DNA of 64,000 nucleotides, from IMG/VR virus record IMGVR_UViG_3300035180_001452, positions 32,001-96,000 of that record; one strand, written 5' to 3'. The position numbers and the translations under genes are program-made. This DNA is from a virus. Shown here one piece after another: positions 39,847-50,089 of this stretch; position 1 is the stretch's first letter, and the number at the start of each line of letters is the position of its first letter. The notes below the pieces were generated by a model. It was not told where the DNA came from. It did no database searches and saw only the letters and a list, made by a program, of their open reading frames with translations.

Positions 39847-40261
39847 TTACATTATTTCTCCTCTGGCTTCTAGACAGTATGCCTGTAAGTCTTAGGTATA
39901 CTAGAGCAGAAGATAGAGCGAAGGTTGAGGATAATATAGCAAATATATCATGAGTCTTTCCAATAACTACTGTTAGATATGACCATATAACGCAAGATAG
40001 TAGACTCGCTAATCTTCTGTAATTTACCTTGTCCCCCATCATACCTATAATATGAAATATACCGAGAATACAAACTGCTACTGATAGTATTCTATAGTCT
40101 ACCGAAGTTTCTATTGCCTTATATCCGGCATCATCTACATTAGGTAGATTAATTAAAAATACTACTCCAAGTATTACTTTAGCTAAAATAGACTGCAGCT
40201 CGGCAATCTCTATATCATATCTATACAGTAGATTCCAGATTAAGTTCATAAAGCCTCTCAT
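39773..40261 (-). CDS. Multi-pass membrane protein (holin-like candidate)
   Basis: About four hydrophobic segments; ATGA overlap with the portal stop. Confidence 0.5.
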   Translation of the reverse strand: MRGFMNLIWNLLYRYDIEIAELQSILAKVILGVVFLINLPNVDDAGYKAIETSVDYRILSVAVCILGIFHIIGMMGDKVNYRRLASLLSCVIWSYLTVVIGKTHDIFAILSSTFALSSALVYLRLTGILSRSQRRNNVNEGVSTISSVSNKRTTSLPPGPLD

Positions 40262-42048
40262 TTCTCTCCTTCCATTAGAACCAGTAAGACTGGTCTCTCG
40301 TTTGAGAGTCTAGCATTAACTCTTATATATCCTGTAGTTTCGTTATTAGATAGAACATCATTGACTATCATATTACATAAAGGTAGGATATACGAATCGT
40401 TGCTAATATTACCAAATGCTTTAGCTCTTAGATCAGAGGCCTTTATAGTTCCTTCTTTTATTCCTGGAATGAGAGAGACTACGGTTTCACACATATTGCC
40501 AAAGGCTTCTATATTACTCGAGTAGTTCTCAACTGACATCTTCTGGGCAGTAGGAGCTCCAGCTTTAGCTAATGGACCGGTAGTTTTATTCGAGGGGGAT
40601 ATAATATTCTTTGTTTGCTTCTTGTCTTTAGTAATACTTTTGGCAGCTACTTTTCCAGAGGACTTAGGTGCAGCTACCATATCTTTAATTTCCCCGTCCT
40701 TAAGATCTATCGGATCCATACCAATCTTAGAAGCTACTAACTGAGGTATCTGTACCTGGTGAACGTAGTAGTCTTTCCAATTGGCCTCATCCGATCTACC
40801 CAGTGCCTGTCTAAGTTCCTCCGAGCTAATAGCATTCATGGTCCACAGGTTTAGAGCATGGGTCTGTTCTTTAATCTGGCGCTCAACTTCGATCTCGTGC
40901 CAGCCAAGAACTACCTGATCCTCTGGGTTATTCCACGGGTCAAACCCACCTTCTATTAACAGCTCATTAAATATGTACATAGTAATGTAGTGGGTTAAAA
41001 GTAATTGGTACATCTTAGCACGATTGTGCATTTGTGTGGTAAGGGCATCTGCGGTACCGGCAGGAGCACCAACGTTCTCCCCCATAACCAGCTCTGATAC
41101 TCCAAGACCTGAGAATACTCTCTGCTTAAAAAGTTTTAGATATCCTTCTGCTCTAATGGCTTGAGATTCAGCTCCAACAACCTGAATCTTATGTCCTGGG
41201 GGAGTTATTATAAAACCATCTGGGGCAGTAGTTTGGAAATTACGTATAGCATCGTCTATATCTTCCTGCCTACCCTCACCCGTCCCGGTAATGTCTGGAA
41301 CCTGTTGATGAATAATAGGATTAAGATGCTTATATATAAGCTTGAGAACATTCTCCTCTGCCTGTCTTAGAGCTCTAATGTCCTCAATAACAGATACTAC
41401 CGGAGGGATTCCCCATATGCCGCCAGCTTCCTTACAGTAGGTAAAGTGTAAAATATCTTCTGGCTTAAATGTTTTTGTAACGTTCCTTACTTTTTGTATC
41501 CAGTAGGCTATATCACCATTTTCATTTAGCTGGGGAGCCATCTGATGTGCGGGTAGATTAAAATACGCTCCTACTGGAGGCTTGCCCTCATACCCTTTTA
41601 GAGATAGCCCTGGAATAGGATCTGGGCTATTAGTTCTTACAGTTACCAAGAAGCAGTTACCATATTTTACAAAGTCTCGTATGGCATTTTCTAGTATAAG
41701 CTCCCAGGGTTCTCCACTAGCAAAGCCCATAATCTTTAATCTTTTTTCTATATAAGCTTTAGGAGCTGGTTGACCTTCTAGCTTCCATCCTTCTTTTATA
41801 ATTATTTCGATATATTTATCGATGCCTTGTCTAATATAGCTGTCTACAAGATAGGCATTTCTTACAGCTTCTATATCAAAAGGAGGAGCTGTACCAACTT
41901 GCTGAGCTCTAAGCCCTGATCCAACTTGATAGTTTAAAACTGGATTGGCTACTCTCTTTATATTAGTAGATTTCTTTTGTACGTTCTTACTACTATTAAG
42001 AGCCTGTATTCCAGTTCTTGTTGGTAGCTTTATGTTAAAAGATGCCAT
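40258..42048 (-). CDS. Portal protein
   Basis: D.YIRQGIDK, RDFVKYGNCF, EDILHF...GIP, RVFSGLGVS; between terminase and protease. Confidence 0.88.
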   Translation of the reverse strand: MASFNIKLPTRTGIQALNSSKNVQKKSTNIKRVANPVLNYQVGSGLRAQQVGTAPPFDIEAVRNAYLVDSYIRQGIDKYIEIIIKEGWKLEGQPAPKAYIEKRLKIMGFASGEPWELILENAIRDFVKYGNCFLVTVRTNSPDPIPGLSLKGYEGKPPVGAYFNLPAHQMAPQLNENGDIAYWIQKVRNVTKTFKPEDILHFTYCKEAGGIWGIPPVVSVIEDIRALRQAEENVLKLIYKHLNPIIHQQVPDITGTGEGRQEDIDDAIRNFQTTAPDGFIITPPGHKIQVVGAESQAIRAEGYLKLFKQRVFSGLGVSELVMGENVGAPAGTADALTTQMHNRAKMYQLLLTHYITMYIFNELLIEGGFDPWNNPEDQVVLGWHEIEVERQIKEQTHALNLWTMNAISSEELRQALGRSDEANWKDYYVHQVQIPQLVASKIGMDPIDLKDGEIKDMVAAPKSSGKVAAKSITKDKKQTKNIISPSNKTTGPLAKAGAPTAQKMSVENYSSNIEAFGNMCETVVSLIPGIKEGTIKASDLRAKAFGNISNDSYILPLCNMIVNDVLSNNETTGYIRVNARLSNERPVLLVLMEGEK

Positions 42049-42051
42049 AGT

Positions 42052-42498
42052 TTATTCCTTTTTTGAAAGGGCTTGATCGAGCACTATTTTCAGACTTATA
42101 GCATCTACTGGGTCGTTCCAGTATATAGGTACTAAAGGTAAACCAATTTCTTTACATGTAAGACGTAACGTACTTTCAGCTTCATTAGCTGCTTCCCATG
42201 CACGCTTGTTCTTACAATACTTTCTACATGTTTCCCAAGAACCTACTTCTGGGCCATATACTTGAACAGCTAGGGGAAGATCTGTAAATATTATAGTAAT
42301 AGGAGGATGCACGCTAGAAGAAATGTACCAGCTCCACTTACCGTCTATAACATAGGGTTCGCTGGAGTCAAGGAGTGTAAGGAGAGTTTCTATAACTAGT
42401 CTACACCTATTCTTGTAATCACTTTTAATATGGAGACCTCCTAGTATATACAACCATACTATATCAGATAGCCACCATATAAGCCTTCTAAGAACCAT
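42052..42498 (-). CDS. Degenerate Vsr/DUF559-like endonuclease-fold protein
   Basis: LAVQVYGPE...CKEIGLPLVPIYWND; catalytic residues appear substituted. Confidence 0.4.
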   Translation of the reverse strand: MVLRRLIWWLSDIVWLYILGGLHIKSDYKNRCRLVIETLLTLLDSSEPYVIDGKWSWYISSSVHPPITIIFTDLPLAVQVYGPEVGSWETCRKYCKNKRAWEAANEAESTLRLTCKEIGLPLVPIYWNDPVDAISLKIVLDQALSKKE

Positions 42499-42605
42499 AT
42501 CCTGCCCTTTCTACCGCCATCCCTTGGCCACTGGTAGTTGACCAACTCTATAAAGATTCGCTCATACCGCCTTTCTCGGCAGAGAAGTTTGGTAAGGCGG
42601 CAGGG

Positions 42606-43802
42606 TTATTTACTCTTAGCCAATCTACCTTTTACGTACTGTACCATTTGCTCATCGAGGCTACCAGAACTCAGTATAGTATCTAGAGACTCGAGAATTA
42701 TATCCAAGGTTGCTAGATGCTTATTCATGGTAACATTTTTATCGGCTAAATCAACTAGAAGGCCTCTTACTTCATACTTTTTATATATCTCTTTCTGTAG
42801 CTCATATATTTTTGATACGTAATCAAATCTAAGATTTCGTGCTTCCTCTATTATTATTCCAATAAGTTCATCAAAAGCATCGCAATCAGGATCATTTATT
42901 AAATCCACAACATTGGTTAGTAGATTTATTAGCGGATCATTAAGCTTGCTTTGTAGCTGTCCTACTACAGAAGCTACCTCTTCTAATGCTTTAATAGCTA
43001 ATAGTTGAACGAACCTGTTTAACAAATTCCTTCTAGTAGATTTCCAGTTAACCTTATCCTTAAGTACAGAGTATCTAATGATAGCACGAGCAGCTCTAAT
43101 AGTATTAATGAAGTCTTGCTTAGATGATGCTATGCTAGATAGTGAAGAAGAAGGTATTATACCTGAGTTATATTTACTACCATACATGTTATGTAGCATT
43201 CTGGCAATCTTTCTGATTGCACACTCAGGCAACTTCTTCTTAGCTCTATCTAACGCCATTTTAATCCTATCTCTAAGAGTTTGAGCCTGGTACAGGTTAT
43301 CACGATGAACATCTCTTATCTCAGGTAATATATTAGGCCTATTAACAGAATTAGCTAAATAAGATAAGGAGTTTTCTAATTCTTGCTTTACTTCTAGTAG
43401 AGTTCCATACAGTATTCCCAGTATAGAGTTTCCATTGTTCCAATGGTGCTCCTCGTACTGTACAACCATATCTGGCCATATAGTATTACCGGTGAGTAAC
43501 CAATTCTGTATATCTGCTATAGTAAACTGTTCCTGCTCTACTATATCTTTGTACTCATCTGGAACCGGAACTACTACATTAGAAAGTTCTGCATTAGCCT
43601 CATTTATAAGGCCGTTCCATTCTTCTATCTCTGAAGTAAGCTCGTCTACCAGGCTATCTATAGGAGATTCATTATTAACAGATTCCTGATTAATAAATTC
43701 CTGTCCTGAAGCTGGTTGCTCAACAGAACTATCCTCAGGTAAAAGAACCTCCGGGATCGTTTCCTTAAGTACTCTCTTCTTAGTAATCTTATCTAAGGAC
43801 AT
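42606..43802 (-). CDS. Hypothetical helical protein
   Basis: 398 aa between terminase and portal; SD AAGGA. Confidence 0.65.
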   Translation of the reverse strand: MSLDKITKKRVLKETIPEVLLPEDSSVEQPASGQEFINQESVNNESPIDSLVDELTSEIEEWNGLINEANAELSNVVVPVPDEYKDIVEQEQFTIADIQNWLLTGNTIWPDMVVQYEEHHWNNGNSILGILYGTLLEVKQELENSLSYLANSVNRPNILPEIRDVHRDNLYQAQTLRDRIKMALDRAKKKLPECAIRKIARMLHNMYGSKYNSGIIPSSSLSSIASSKQDFINTIRAARAIIRYSVLKDKVNWKSTRRNLLNRFVQLLAIKALEEVASVVGQLQSKLNDPLINLLTNVVDLINDPDCDAFDELIGIIIEEARNLRFDYVSKIYELQKEIYKKYEVRGLLVDLADKNVTMNKHLATLDIILESLDTILSSGSLDEQMVQYVKGRLAKSK

Positions 43803-43812
43803 CCGCGTTCCT

Positions 43813-46338
43813 TTAGAATTTAGTTCTTTCTGGCTCTTTGCCTAAGAAGCTACCACGTCCAAGATTTTTATATACTCTTTTATCTGTAAAGGCGGCCTGC
43901 ATATTATCAAACAGCTCTCTATTAGAAGCTATAGTTATCTTACTTGGAACAACTTTTGGAGCTGGCATAGAGTAGCTGATAGAAGCAGGTATAAATTTTG
44001 TATTATCTGAATGATTAGAGTATATTGCATAACAGGCTAGACCACAGGCATCTATTATATGCTCATTAGATCTAGTTGTTTTTATAGTATTGGCTCCGGC
44101 TTCTATAACTTTGTAATTTCTTAACTGAGTTTCAAATGTTCTATCGTAGGTACTGAACTCGAAGTTCTTATCCTCAAACAGTTTAAATAAAGTATTAAGC
44201 ATTACTGCTTTAAACTGTTTCTTTATCGGAGTTCCGTCTATAGGATCTTTAATGGTTACGTTCTCATTAAAGTTAAATCCCTTTAGCTTTTCATATAACT
44301 TAGAACCTGGATTATTCTTACCGTAAATCTTTAGCTGTTCTACAGCATGCTCTCCATATCCACGATCTACATAGATATAATCTGGAGCAAAAGCATCGTT
44401 TAGAGCAATGATTCTTTCTACTCCGGTAGTAAGTGTATACTCTCCGCGAGGAACCTCTTCTCTATAGATAACCTTATACTTTGGTTGTCCTGGTAGCCAT
44501 TCTACTATACATATATTTACACCGGCCTGATACTTATCCCAGTCAACTCCCATTGCTCTATATACACCAGATCTTATAGAGCCTTTATCCATATATCTAT
44601 AATTACCCATAGCAGCATCTATGTCAGAGTTCTTAAAGGCATTCATACCGGAGTCTAGAAACTCTGCTAGCTGCTCAGTAATCCACTCTACCTCAGTAGA
44701 TAGCGCCTTTCTTTCATTTACTTCTTGCTCTGTATAGTCTGGGTTCTCTGTAATAGGTACATGAATCTGGTGCCACTCACCGGTAGTATCATGGCAGTTA
44801 TGTACTGAGAATCCATTAGCTACATAGCTATGGCTTTGGGTCTCGAAGTTGTATACTTTACCGGAGTAATTCTTTATAGAGGAGGATAGTACTTTTACAT
44901 AGAAGTAGCCGTCTTTAATAATGTCACTACTTTTACCTAGGTAATAGGCTGTATCAGTCTTGTATACTGAGCATGCGATTCCACTACGTAGCATTACCTG
45001 CTGTATCTGATCGCACAGTTCTTTAGAAGTAGTATAAGTCTTTTTATACGCTCTTATAGTTGCCTTTGCATGCTTAGATAAGAATATGGCAGGATGTATT
45101 TTATCATCCTTACCTAGATATTCCATTAAATCTTTAAACCACTGGGAGTATACAAGTACTACTGTCTTGGAGTCTACTACCTTCATCTTTACCAGGACAT
45201 CTTGAAACAGCTTGGATACTATATAATATACATCCTGTATCTGTTTCACCTCACCGGTAAACACAACTCCTTCTGTAGTAGACTTACCTATAGAAAGGTA
45301 GTATCCTAGTAGCTTAGCTAAATAGTGTCTATAGTCCTGATCGCTAGAGTTATACTTATCTACGGTCTCTATAATTTTACTATTAGCTACAGCTGGATAC
45401 TCCATAGGAATATCCTGTTCCTTTACTATACAAAAGCCTACTCTATCACCGGGAGATATTTCTTTTATGGGGACATATCCCTTATCAGTCCAGACTGGAT
45501 GTTCTGAGGTTGCTACTAAGGAATGAGGAGTAGAGGAAACTATTAAGGAGATTAGATTATCGGAGGACTCATGCACAAAGGTCTTTACTACAGTATCTAG
45601 AGAACCATCTCCGGCAATAACCACGTCACCAACTTTAATATCTTCTATATTCCTTACAGCACTATTGCCTATAGTAACAGAAGTCCCCGGTAAGAAGCAC
45701 CACTGATAATATCTACCATGCTGTTCTGTTGGAGTACTTGCTGCAAAAGTTCTTATTACCTTACCATCGCTAGTCTTATACTTATCTCCTAGGATGATTG
45801 GGTTTAAAGCTTTAAAGTCTCCTTCAGCTAGATAGGCAGCTTCATCAATAATAACAAGATTAGCCCCCTTTCCTCTTAGTGCCGCTCCTTCCCTTTTAGA
45901 TGCTGCTCCAGTAGTCTTACCTTTTATAGTAGATCCATTCTTAAACTTTATTGCGTGAGGACTTTTTGTTTTCTCGGCAAGTGCATCAAGTACTACTGGT
46001 GTAGAATTTATAAATGACTCAATAGTTTCAAACAGCTCAGATACCTTATCATCGTCAGGGCAGGCTATTAGTACGTCATAGTACTTATGTACCATACATG
46101 CCCATAATGCAAGAATAGCTAAGGAATAAGACTTACCAGCTCTACGATGTACTCTGATTACAACTCTCTTTTCATTAGAGCCTAGTATCAATCTTTCTAC
46201 GTAGTTAGCAACGAACGGCTCTCCAGACTCTGGATCTTTAAGTATTGCTTCAGCCCAGAGTAAAGGGCTTTCTAGAATCTTAGCTATTTTTGATAGGTCT
46301 GATTGCTGATACATAGAGGTTAAGTATAGGCCAGCCAC
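43813..46338 (-). CDS. terL: Terminase large subunit with intein
   Basis: Walker A RRAGKS, Walker B LVIIDEAA, coupling motif ASTP, nuclease motifs GVDWD, YVDRG and EHIIDA. Confidence 0.93.
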   Translation of the reverse strand: MAGLYLTSMYQQSDLSKIAKILESPLLWAEAILKDPESGEPFVANYVERLILGSNEKRVVIRVHRRAGKSYSLAILALWACMVHKYYDVLIACPDDDKVSELFETIESFINSTPVVLDALAEKTKSPHAIKFKNGSTIKGKTTGAASKREGAALRGKGANLVIIDEAAYLAEGDFKALNPIILGDKYKTSDGKVIRTFAASTPTEQHGRYYQWCFLPGTSVTIGNSAVRNIEDIKVGDVVIAGDGSLDTVVKTFVHESSDNLISLIVSSTPHSLVATSEHPVWTDKGYVPIKEISPGDRVGFCIVKEQDIPMEYPAVANSKIIETVDKYNSSDQDYRHYLAKLLGYYLSIGKSTTEGVVFTGEVKQIQDVYYIVSKLFQDVLVKMKVVDSKTVVLVYSQWFKDLMEYLGKDDKIHPAIFLSKHAKATIRAYKKTYTTSKELCDQIQQVMLRSGIACSVYKTDTAYYLGKSSDIIKDGYFYVKVLSSSIKNYSGKVYNFETQSHSYVANGFSVHNCHDTTGEWHQIHVPITENPDYTEQEVNERKALSTEVEWITEQLAEFLDSGMNAFKNSDIDAAMGNYRYMDKGSIRSGVYRAMGVDWDKYQAGVNICIVEWLPGQPKYKVIYREEVPRGEYTLTTGVERIIALNDAFAPDYIYVDRGYGEHAVEQLKIYGKNNPGSKLYEKLKGFNFNENVTIKDPIDGTPIKKQFKAVMLNTLFKLFEDKNFEFSTYDRTFETQLRNYKVIEAGANTIKTTRSNEHIIDACGLACYAIYSNHSDNTKFIPASISYSMPAPKVVPSKITIASNRELFDNMQAAFTDKRVYKNLGRGSFLGKEPERTKF
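44797..45699 (-). mobile_element. Intein (301 aa) in terminase
   Basis: CFLPGTSV start, ATSEHPV, end VYNFET..HSYVANGFSVHN/C. Degenerate block LLGYYLSIG. Confidence 0.93.
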
Positions 46339-46374
46339 TTATTACTATAAGATAAATGGCTGGCCTATTAGTTT

Positions 46375-46638
46375 TTACTTCGGGCTCTGATTGTATGAAT
46401 CGTAATTAGTAGGCATAGGAATCTTGCCCGCACTCATTGGCTTCTTCCTATTACCGCCATCATTAGCTGGTACACCAGGACCGCCCTTACCATCTCCTGC
46501 ACCGTAGGTAGTCTTATACGTAGGAGGAACTGGAACCTTCTTAGCGATCGGTGGAACTCTTGGTGAATTGGAAGTACCGCTATTCCCACCACCATTTGCT
46601 GCGCTGCCGGCAGGGGCTCTCTTATCTACCTTTGCCAT
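46375..46638 (-). CDS. Small Gly/Pro-rich disordered protein
   Basis: 87 aa, SD AAGGAG. Confidence 0.7.
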   Translation of the reverse strand: MAKVDKRAPAGSAANGGGNSGTSNSPRVPPIAKKVPVPPTYKTTYGAGDGKGGPGVPANDGGNRKKPMSAGKIPMPTNYDSYNQSPK

Positions 46639-46768
46639 GCTTTATCTCCTTTAAACTATCTTCCATCATACCCTCTAGCAAACGTGCTAGTCTTACTACT
46701 AATGGTAACTCGTAAGTTCTACTATTTGCTACGCTATCGGCAAGGGTTCTCTTATCTACCTTTGCCAT
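46622..46768 (-). pseudogene. Decayed partial duplicate (48-codon ORF MAKVDKRTLADSVANS...)
   Basis: CTCTTATCTACCTTTGCCATGCTTTATCTCCTT occurs at ~46619 and ~46749; flanks are diverged copies of the adjacent gene ends. Confidence 0.6.
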
Positions 46769-46805
46769 GCTTTATCTCCTTCTAGTCTTACTACAGTTAT
46801 ACTAC

Positions 46806-47234
46806 CTATCTTCTACTATACCTTCTAGCAAACGCACCAGCCTCACTACCAATCATATTTCTTGCGCCTGATATAGCACTCATTCCTCTTTGCTGTTCTC
46901 TCCATGTCCAGTCTGAGTGTTCAAATCTTTGAGAAAATGGAGTAGCTGCCAATCGAATATTATCGTTTCTCTCTCTAGCCATACCAACACCATAGGACAT
47001 TAGAAATGGTGAGGCAAGAAGCAGAGAAACCCCAGTCATAGCTATAGTTGGGTTAGCTGTACCTAATATTAAAAGATAGGTCCAGTTATTTTTAATAGCA
47101 GATGTAGCACCTGCCCACAGAACAGACCTATTTTCTCTTCTAGCGTTATCTATATCTTCTCTAATTGCACCATAAGAAAATAGTAGCTGTCCAGGAAAGT
47201 CTCTAAACCCCTTAGCAAATGTTGATATATGCAT
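46806..47234 (-). CDS. Hypothetical protein with hydrophobic segment
   Basis: 142-aa ORF. Confidence 0.65.
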   Translation of the reverse strand: MHISTFAKGFRDFPGQLLFSYGAIREDIDNARRENRSVLWAGATSAIKNNWTYLLILGTANPTIAMTGVSLLLASPFLMSYGVGMARERNDNIRLAATPFSQRFEHSDWTWREQQRGMSAISGARNMIGSEAGAFARRYSRR

Positions 47235-47287
47235 AAGACATAGTACCTTTATCGTATTTATTATAAATACGAATAATAATAGGTAGC

Positions 47288-47893
47288 TTATCTATTATTA
47301 TAATACATGGATAAAGCAAGATCGCCATCAGCACCCATATCATTTGAGCTATTACTATATACAGGGACACGTCTATCATGCCCTCCAGGACCATTCATAG
47401 CACCAAGAGCACCTATAGCTCCAACAGCCATGCCGCCATAAACTAGTCTTTTTCTAAGAGTAGGGTTTAGTACAAGCATCTCTCTACTCGCTTCTCTTCT
47501 TTTTAGGAAGTCTTTAAGCGGTTCGTCTTCTTTTCGAAATGCAAGACCAAGCCTTTCTAATGTTTCCTTAGACGCCCCCATTCTTTCAGCAGCAAGTATG
47601 TGTGGGTTTTCTATTACTTTGAACAGTCCTTCTCCACCCATACCCCAGTGGTAAAACACCTTAGCAGCAGTCTTTCCACTTTCCCATGTTCTAGTTGCTA
47701 GGTTAACAGCATTTGGCCATGCTATATTTTCTATACCCGAGCGAATAAGAGAAGGAGCCTTCTTAGCTACAACTGCTGCTTTTTTCAGTGCAGCTTTTTG
47801 GAGCTTCTCACTAAGCTCTGTTCGGGCTTTTGCAAATGTTATTTCTGGGGCAATTCTATACCTGTAAAGGTCATATAGGAATCTAAACAACAC
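47288..47893 (-). CDS. Hypothetical protein
   Basis: 201 aa, SD GGAGG, Gly-rich hydrophobic C-terminus. Confidence 0.65.
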   Translation of the reverse strand: MLFRFLYDLYRYRIAPEITFAKARTELSEKLQKAALKKAAVVAKKAPSLIRSGIENIAWPNAVNLATRTWESGKTAAKVFYHWGMGGEGLFKVIENPHILAAERMGASKETLERLGLAFRKEDEPLKDFLKRREASREMLVLNPTLRKRLVYGGMAVGAIGALGAMNGPGGHDRRVPVYSNSSNDMGADGDLALSMYYNNR

Positions 47894-47977
47894 TAGCCTC
47901 CTGAAGCAACAGCGCTATTACTTTGTTATACTTAGAATATTTTAGTTCTTATACTAAGCTTGAACTATGTAATATGA

Positions 47978-48772
47978 CTACATAATACTTTCTGGGTCAC
48001 TCGCTGAATATCTTCCAGTTCCCTCGAATACAGATCCATATCCTACCATCTCTGGATCAGCTGACCCTCTTGCTATACTTTTTGCCGCTGCTGCTGCTGC
48101 TCTTCTTCTTGCTTTTTTTCCTCCTCCCGCAATTCCTGGCCGTTCTAGGTCATTTAATGCATATTTTCCTACTACATTTCCTGCTGCACGTCCTGGCCGT
48201 TCTGGGTCATTTAATGCATATTTTCCTACTCTATTTCCTGTTCCTAGTACAGTTTCTGACATTTCTCCTACTTCTCTCATCATACTAGCCTTTGCTTTAT
48301 TCGATACCACTCTATTGACAGCTCCTTCTTCTAGTCCTAGAGGACCAACGTTACGTAGCATGCTCCAAATTGATCCACCTGCTAGGAGGCCTGCAACACC
48401 ACCGGCTCCAATTCTTTCCCACCCAGGACGGTTTTTATCAAGTGCAACTCTAGCACTCATATAGCCCCCAAGCTGTGAGCCAGCTAGTGCTCCTACTCTA
48501 AGGGCTTTACCCCAACCGTTAGTACCGCCCCACCAGTTAGTAGCCATATTCTGTGCTGCATCTCGTAAGTAGTCCTTCATATGATATCCTACGGCTGATG
48601 GATACATAGATAGACCCTTCCTAGCCATAACCTTTCCTAAGCCCCTAAGACTAGGCATAGTAGCAAGCCTAACGCCTGTGCGTCTTAATATTCCAGCCAT
48701 TACAATACTTCTTGAATTAGCAATATCTTCAAATCCTATGTCCTTTAATAGGCCAGCTAAACTAAATGCCAT
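47978..48772 (-). CDS. Gly/Ala-rich hypothetical protein with 19-aa tandem repeat
   Basis: GN.VGKYALND.ERPG twice (57-bp period, ~48135-48240); SD GAGGTG. Confidence 0.7.
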   Translation of the reverse strand: MAFSLAGLLKDIGFEDIANSRSIVMAGILRRTGVRLATMPSLRGLGKVMARKGLSMYPSAVGYHMKDYLRDAAQNMATNWWGGTNGWGKALRVGALAGSQLGGYMSARVALDKNRPGWERIGAGGVAGLLAGGSIWSMLRNVGPLGLEEGAVNRVVSNKAKASMMREVGEMSETVLGTGNRVGKYALNDPERPGRAAGNVVGKYALNDLERPGIAGGGKKARRRAAAAAAKSIARGSADPEMVGYGSVFEGTGRYSASDPESIM

Positions 48773-48785
48773 TATAGCACCTCTT

Positions 48786-48877
48786 CCGTAGTTGTTCCAA
48801 CTACGGCTAACGTAGTTTTATAAACTACGGCTACGTATTTATTCTAGCCGCATTTATACTAAATGCGGTAAATACGG
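48786..48877. repeat. Cluster of 9-3-9 palindromes
   Basis: CCGTAGTTG-TTC-CAACTACGG, ACGTAGTTT-TAT-AAACTACGG, CCGCATTTA-TAC-TAAATGCGG. Confidence 0.8.
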
Positions 48878-49039
48878 TTTACGATAGATCTGCTAAATCT
48901 GGATCTACCTTTACTATATGTGTGGTTTTTATATTACCTAAAGCTTTACTGGGATCTTTAACTATAGTTGGTTTACTTGGGGATTTCTTATTAACGGAGG
49001 AATCTTTCTTTACTGCGTGCGTTGTTGGTCTTGCAGCTT

Positions 49040-49783
49040 TCATAATTCTAGTCTCCCCATTCTTTGTTCAGTAGGGTTATTAGTATCTTCCAGCTTCTTA
49101 GCATACTCAAGTAAATCTGCCATCTGGTTACTAACATCAGCTTTTCTTTGCTGCTTAGCTTCTGCATCAACCTTAGCTTGTCTAGAGGCTACTAGTAGCT
49201 GGTAGATCTTATGTATATCCTGTCTAAGTCTTCTCTGTGCTTCTAATAACTGATTAGGCTGTCTAGTATCATGCTTAAGACCGGTCTTAGAATCTGTACC
49301 AACAACCATAGTTTCTACCGGGGATTCTCTCCTGATCAGCTTGTCACATCTACCCATAAGAATCTGTAGTCTAACCAGATCGTTCACCATCTGGATATCT
49401 ACATAATCCGTTGGGGTAATAGACAGATCGTTGATATATCCAGCAAAGTGTCTGAATGCATCAACTACCTCAATAGGACAGCCTACTCCTAGCCATCTCT
49501 TAACTAAACCATTACTTACTAATGGACAAATGTCTGCGAAGGGACAGCTATCACCTTTACAAACTATAGGTAATTCCTTATATATAGTTAACTGTTCTTC
49601 AACAGCACTTATCTCTTCAGCAGTCCATCCGTCAAGATACCAGATCTTTCTTCTAAGAGATAGCACATTGGGAGGAGAAAACAGATATTTCCCCTCCGAG
49701 TCTTTCTCATCAAACTTATCGTAGTCCACATTCATGGACCCTAATATTCTTTTCTTCTTTCCCTCATTATCATTATCACTCAT
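49040..49783 (-). CDS. Cys-cluster protein, possible terminase small subunit
   Basis: CKGDSCPFADICP...CPIE followed by helical coiled coil; upstream of terL. Start taken at MSDND. Confidence 0.4.
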   Translation of the reverse strand: MSDNDNEGKKKRILGSMNVDYDKFDEKDSEGKYLFSPPNVLSLRRKIWYLDGWTAEEISAVEEQLTIYKELPIVCKGDSCPFADICPLVSNGLVKRWLGVGCPIEVVDAFRHFAGYINDLSITPTDYVDIQMVNDLVRLQILMGRCDKLIRRESPVETMVVGTDSKTGLKHDTRQPNQLLEAQRRLRQDIHKIYQLLVASRQAKVDAEAKQQRKADVSNQMADLLEYAKKLEDTNNPTEQRMGRLEL

Positions 49784-49816
49784 AAGTATACATCCATTAA
49801 TCCTAATTATCAATAA

Positions 49817-50089
49817 TTATTTTCTATGCTCATCAACGTCTTTTCGATTTTTATAATATTCTTTCTGGTAGCAGATTTTGCAAAGACCATTACCTTTGTG
49901 TGGAACATCATCTCTCTTACATCTAATACACCTATCATAGTTTCTAGCCCAGCCTATTCTAGGTATATACTCACACTTAATACCGTACTGGTCTCTAGCA
50001 TAACAGGCTACACATAAACCTCTAGCGTGATGAGGCCAGGTAACATCCCCACATCCCTGGCATCGTGAATATTTTCTACTCCACTTCAT
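49817..50089 (-). CDS. Tandem zinc-finger protein
   Basis: Two W.R.Y..C..C......H...GLC..CY repeats. Confidence 0.75.
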   Translation of the reverse strand: MKWSRKYSRCQGCGDVTWPHHARGLCVACYARDQYGIKCEYIPRIGWARNYDRCIRCKRDDVPHKGNGLCKICYQKEYYKNRKDVDEHRK

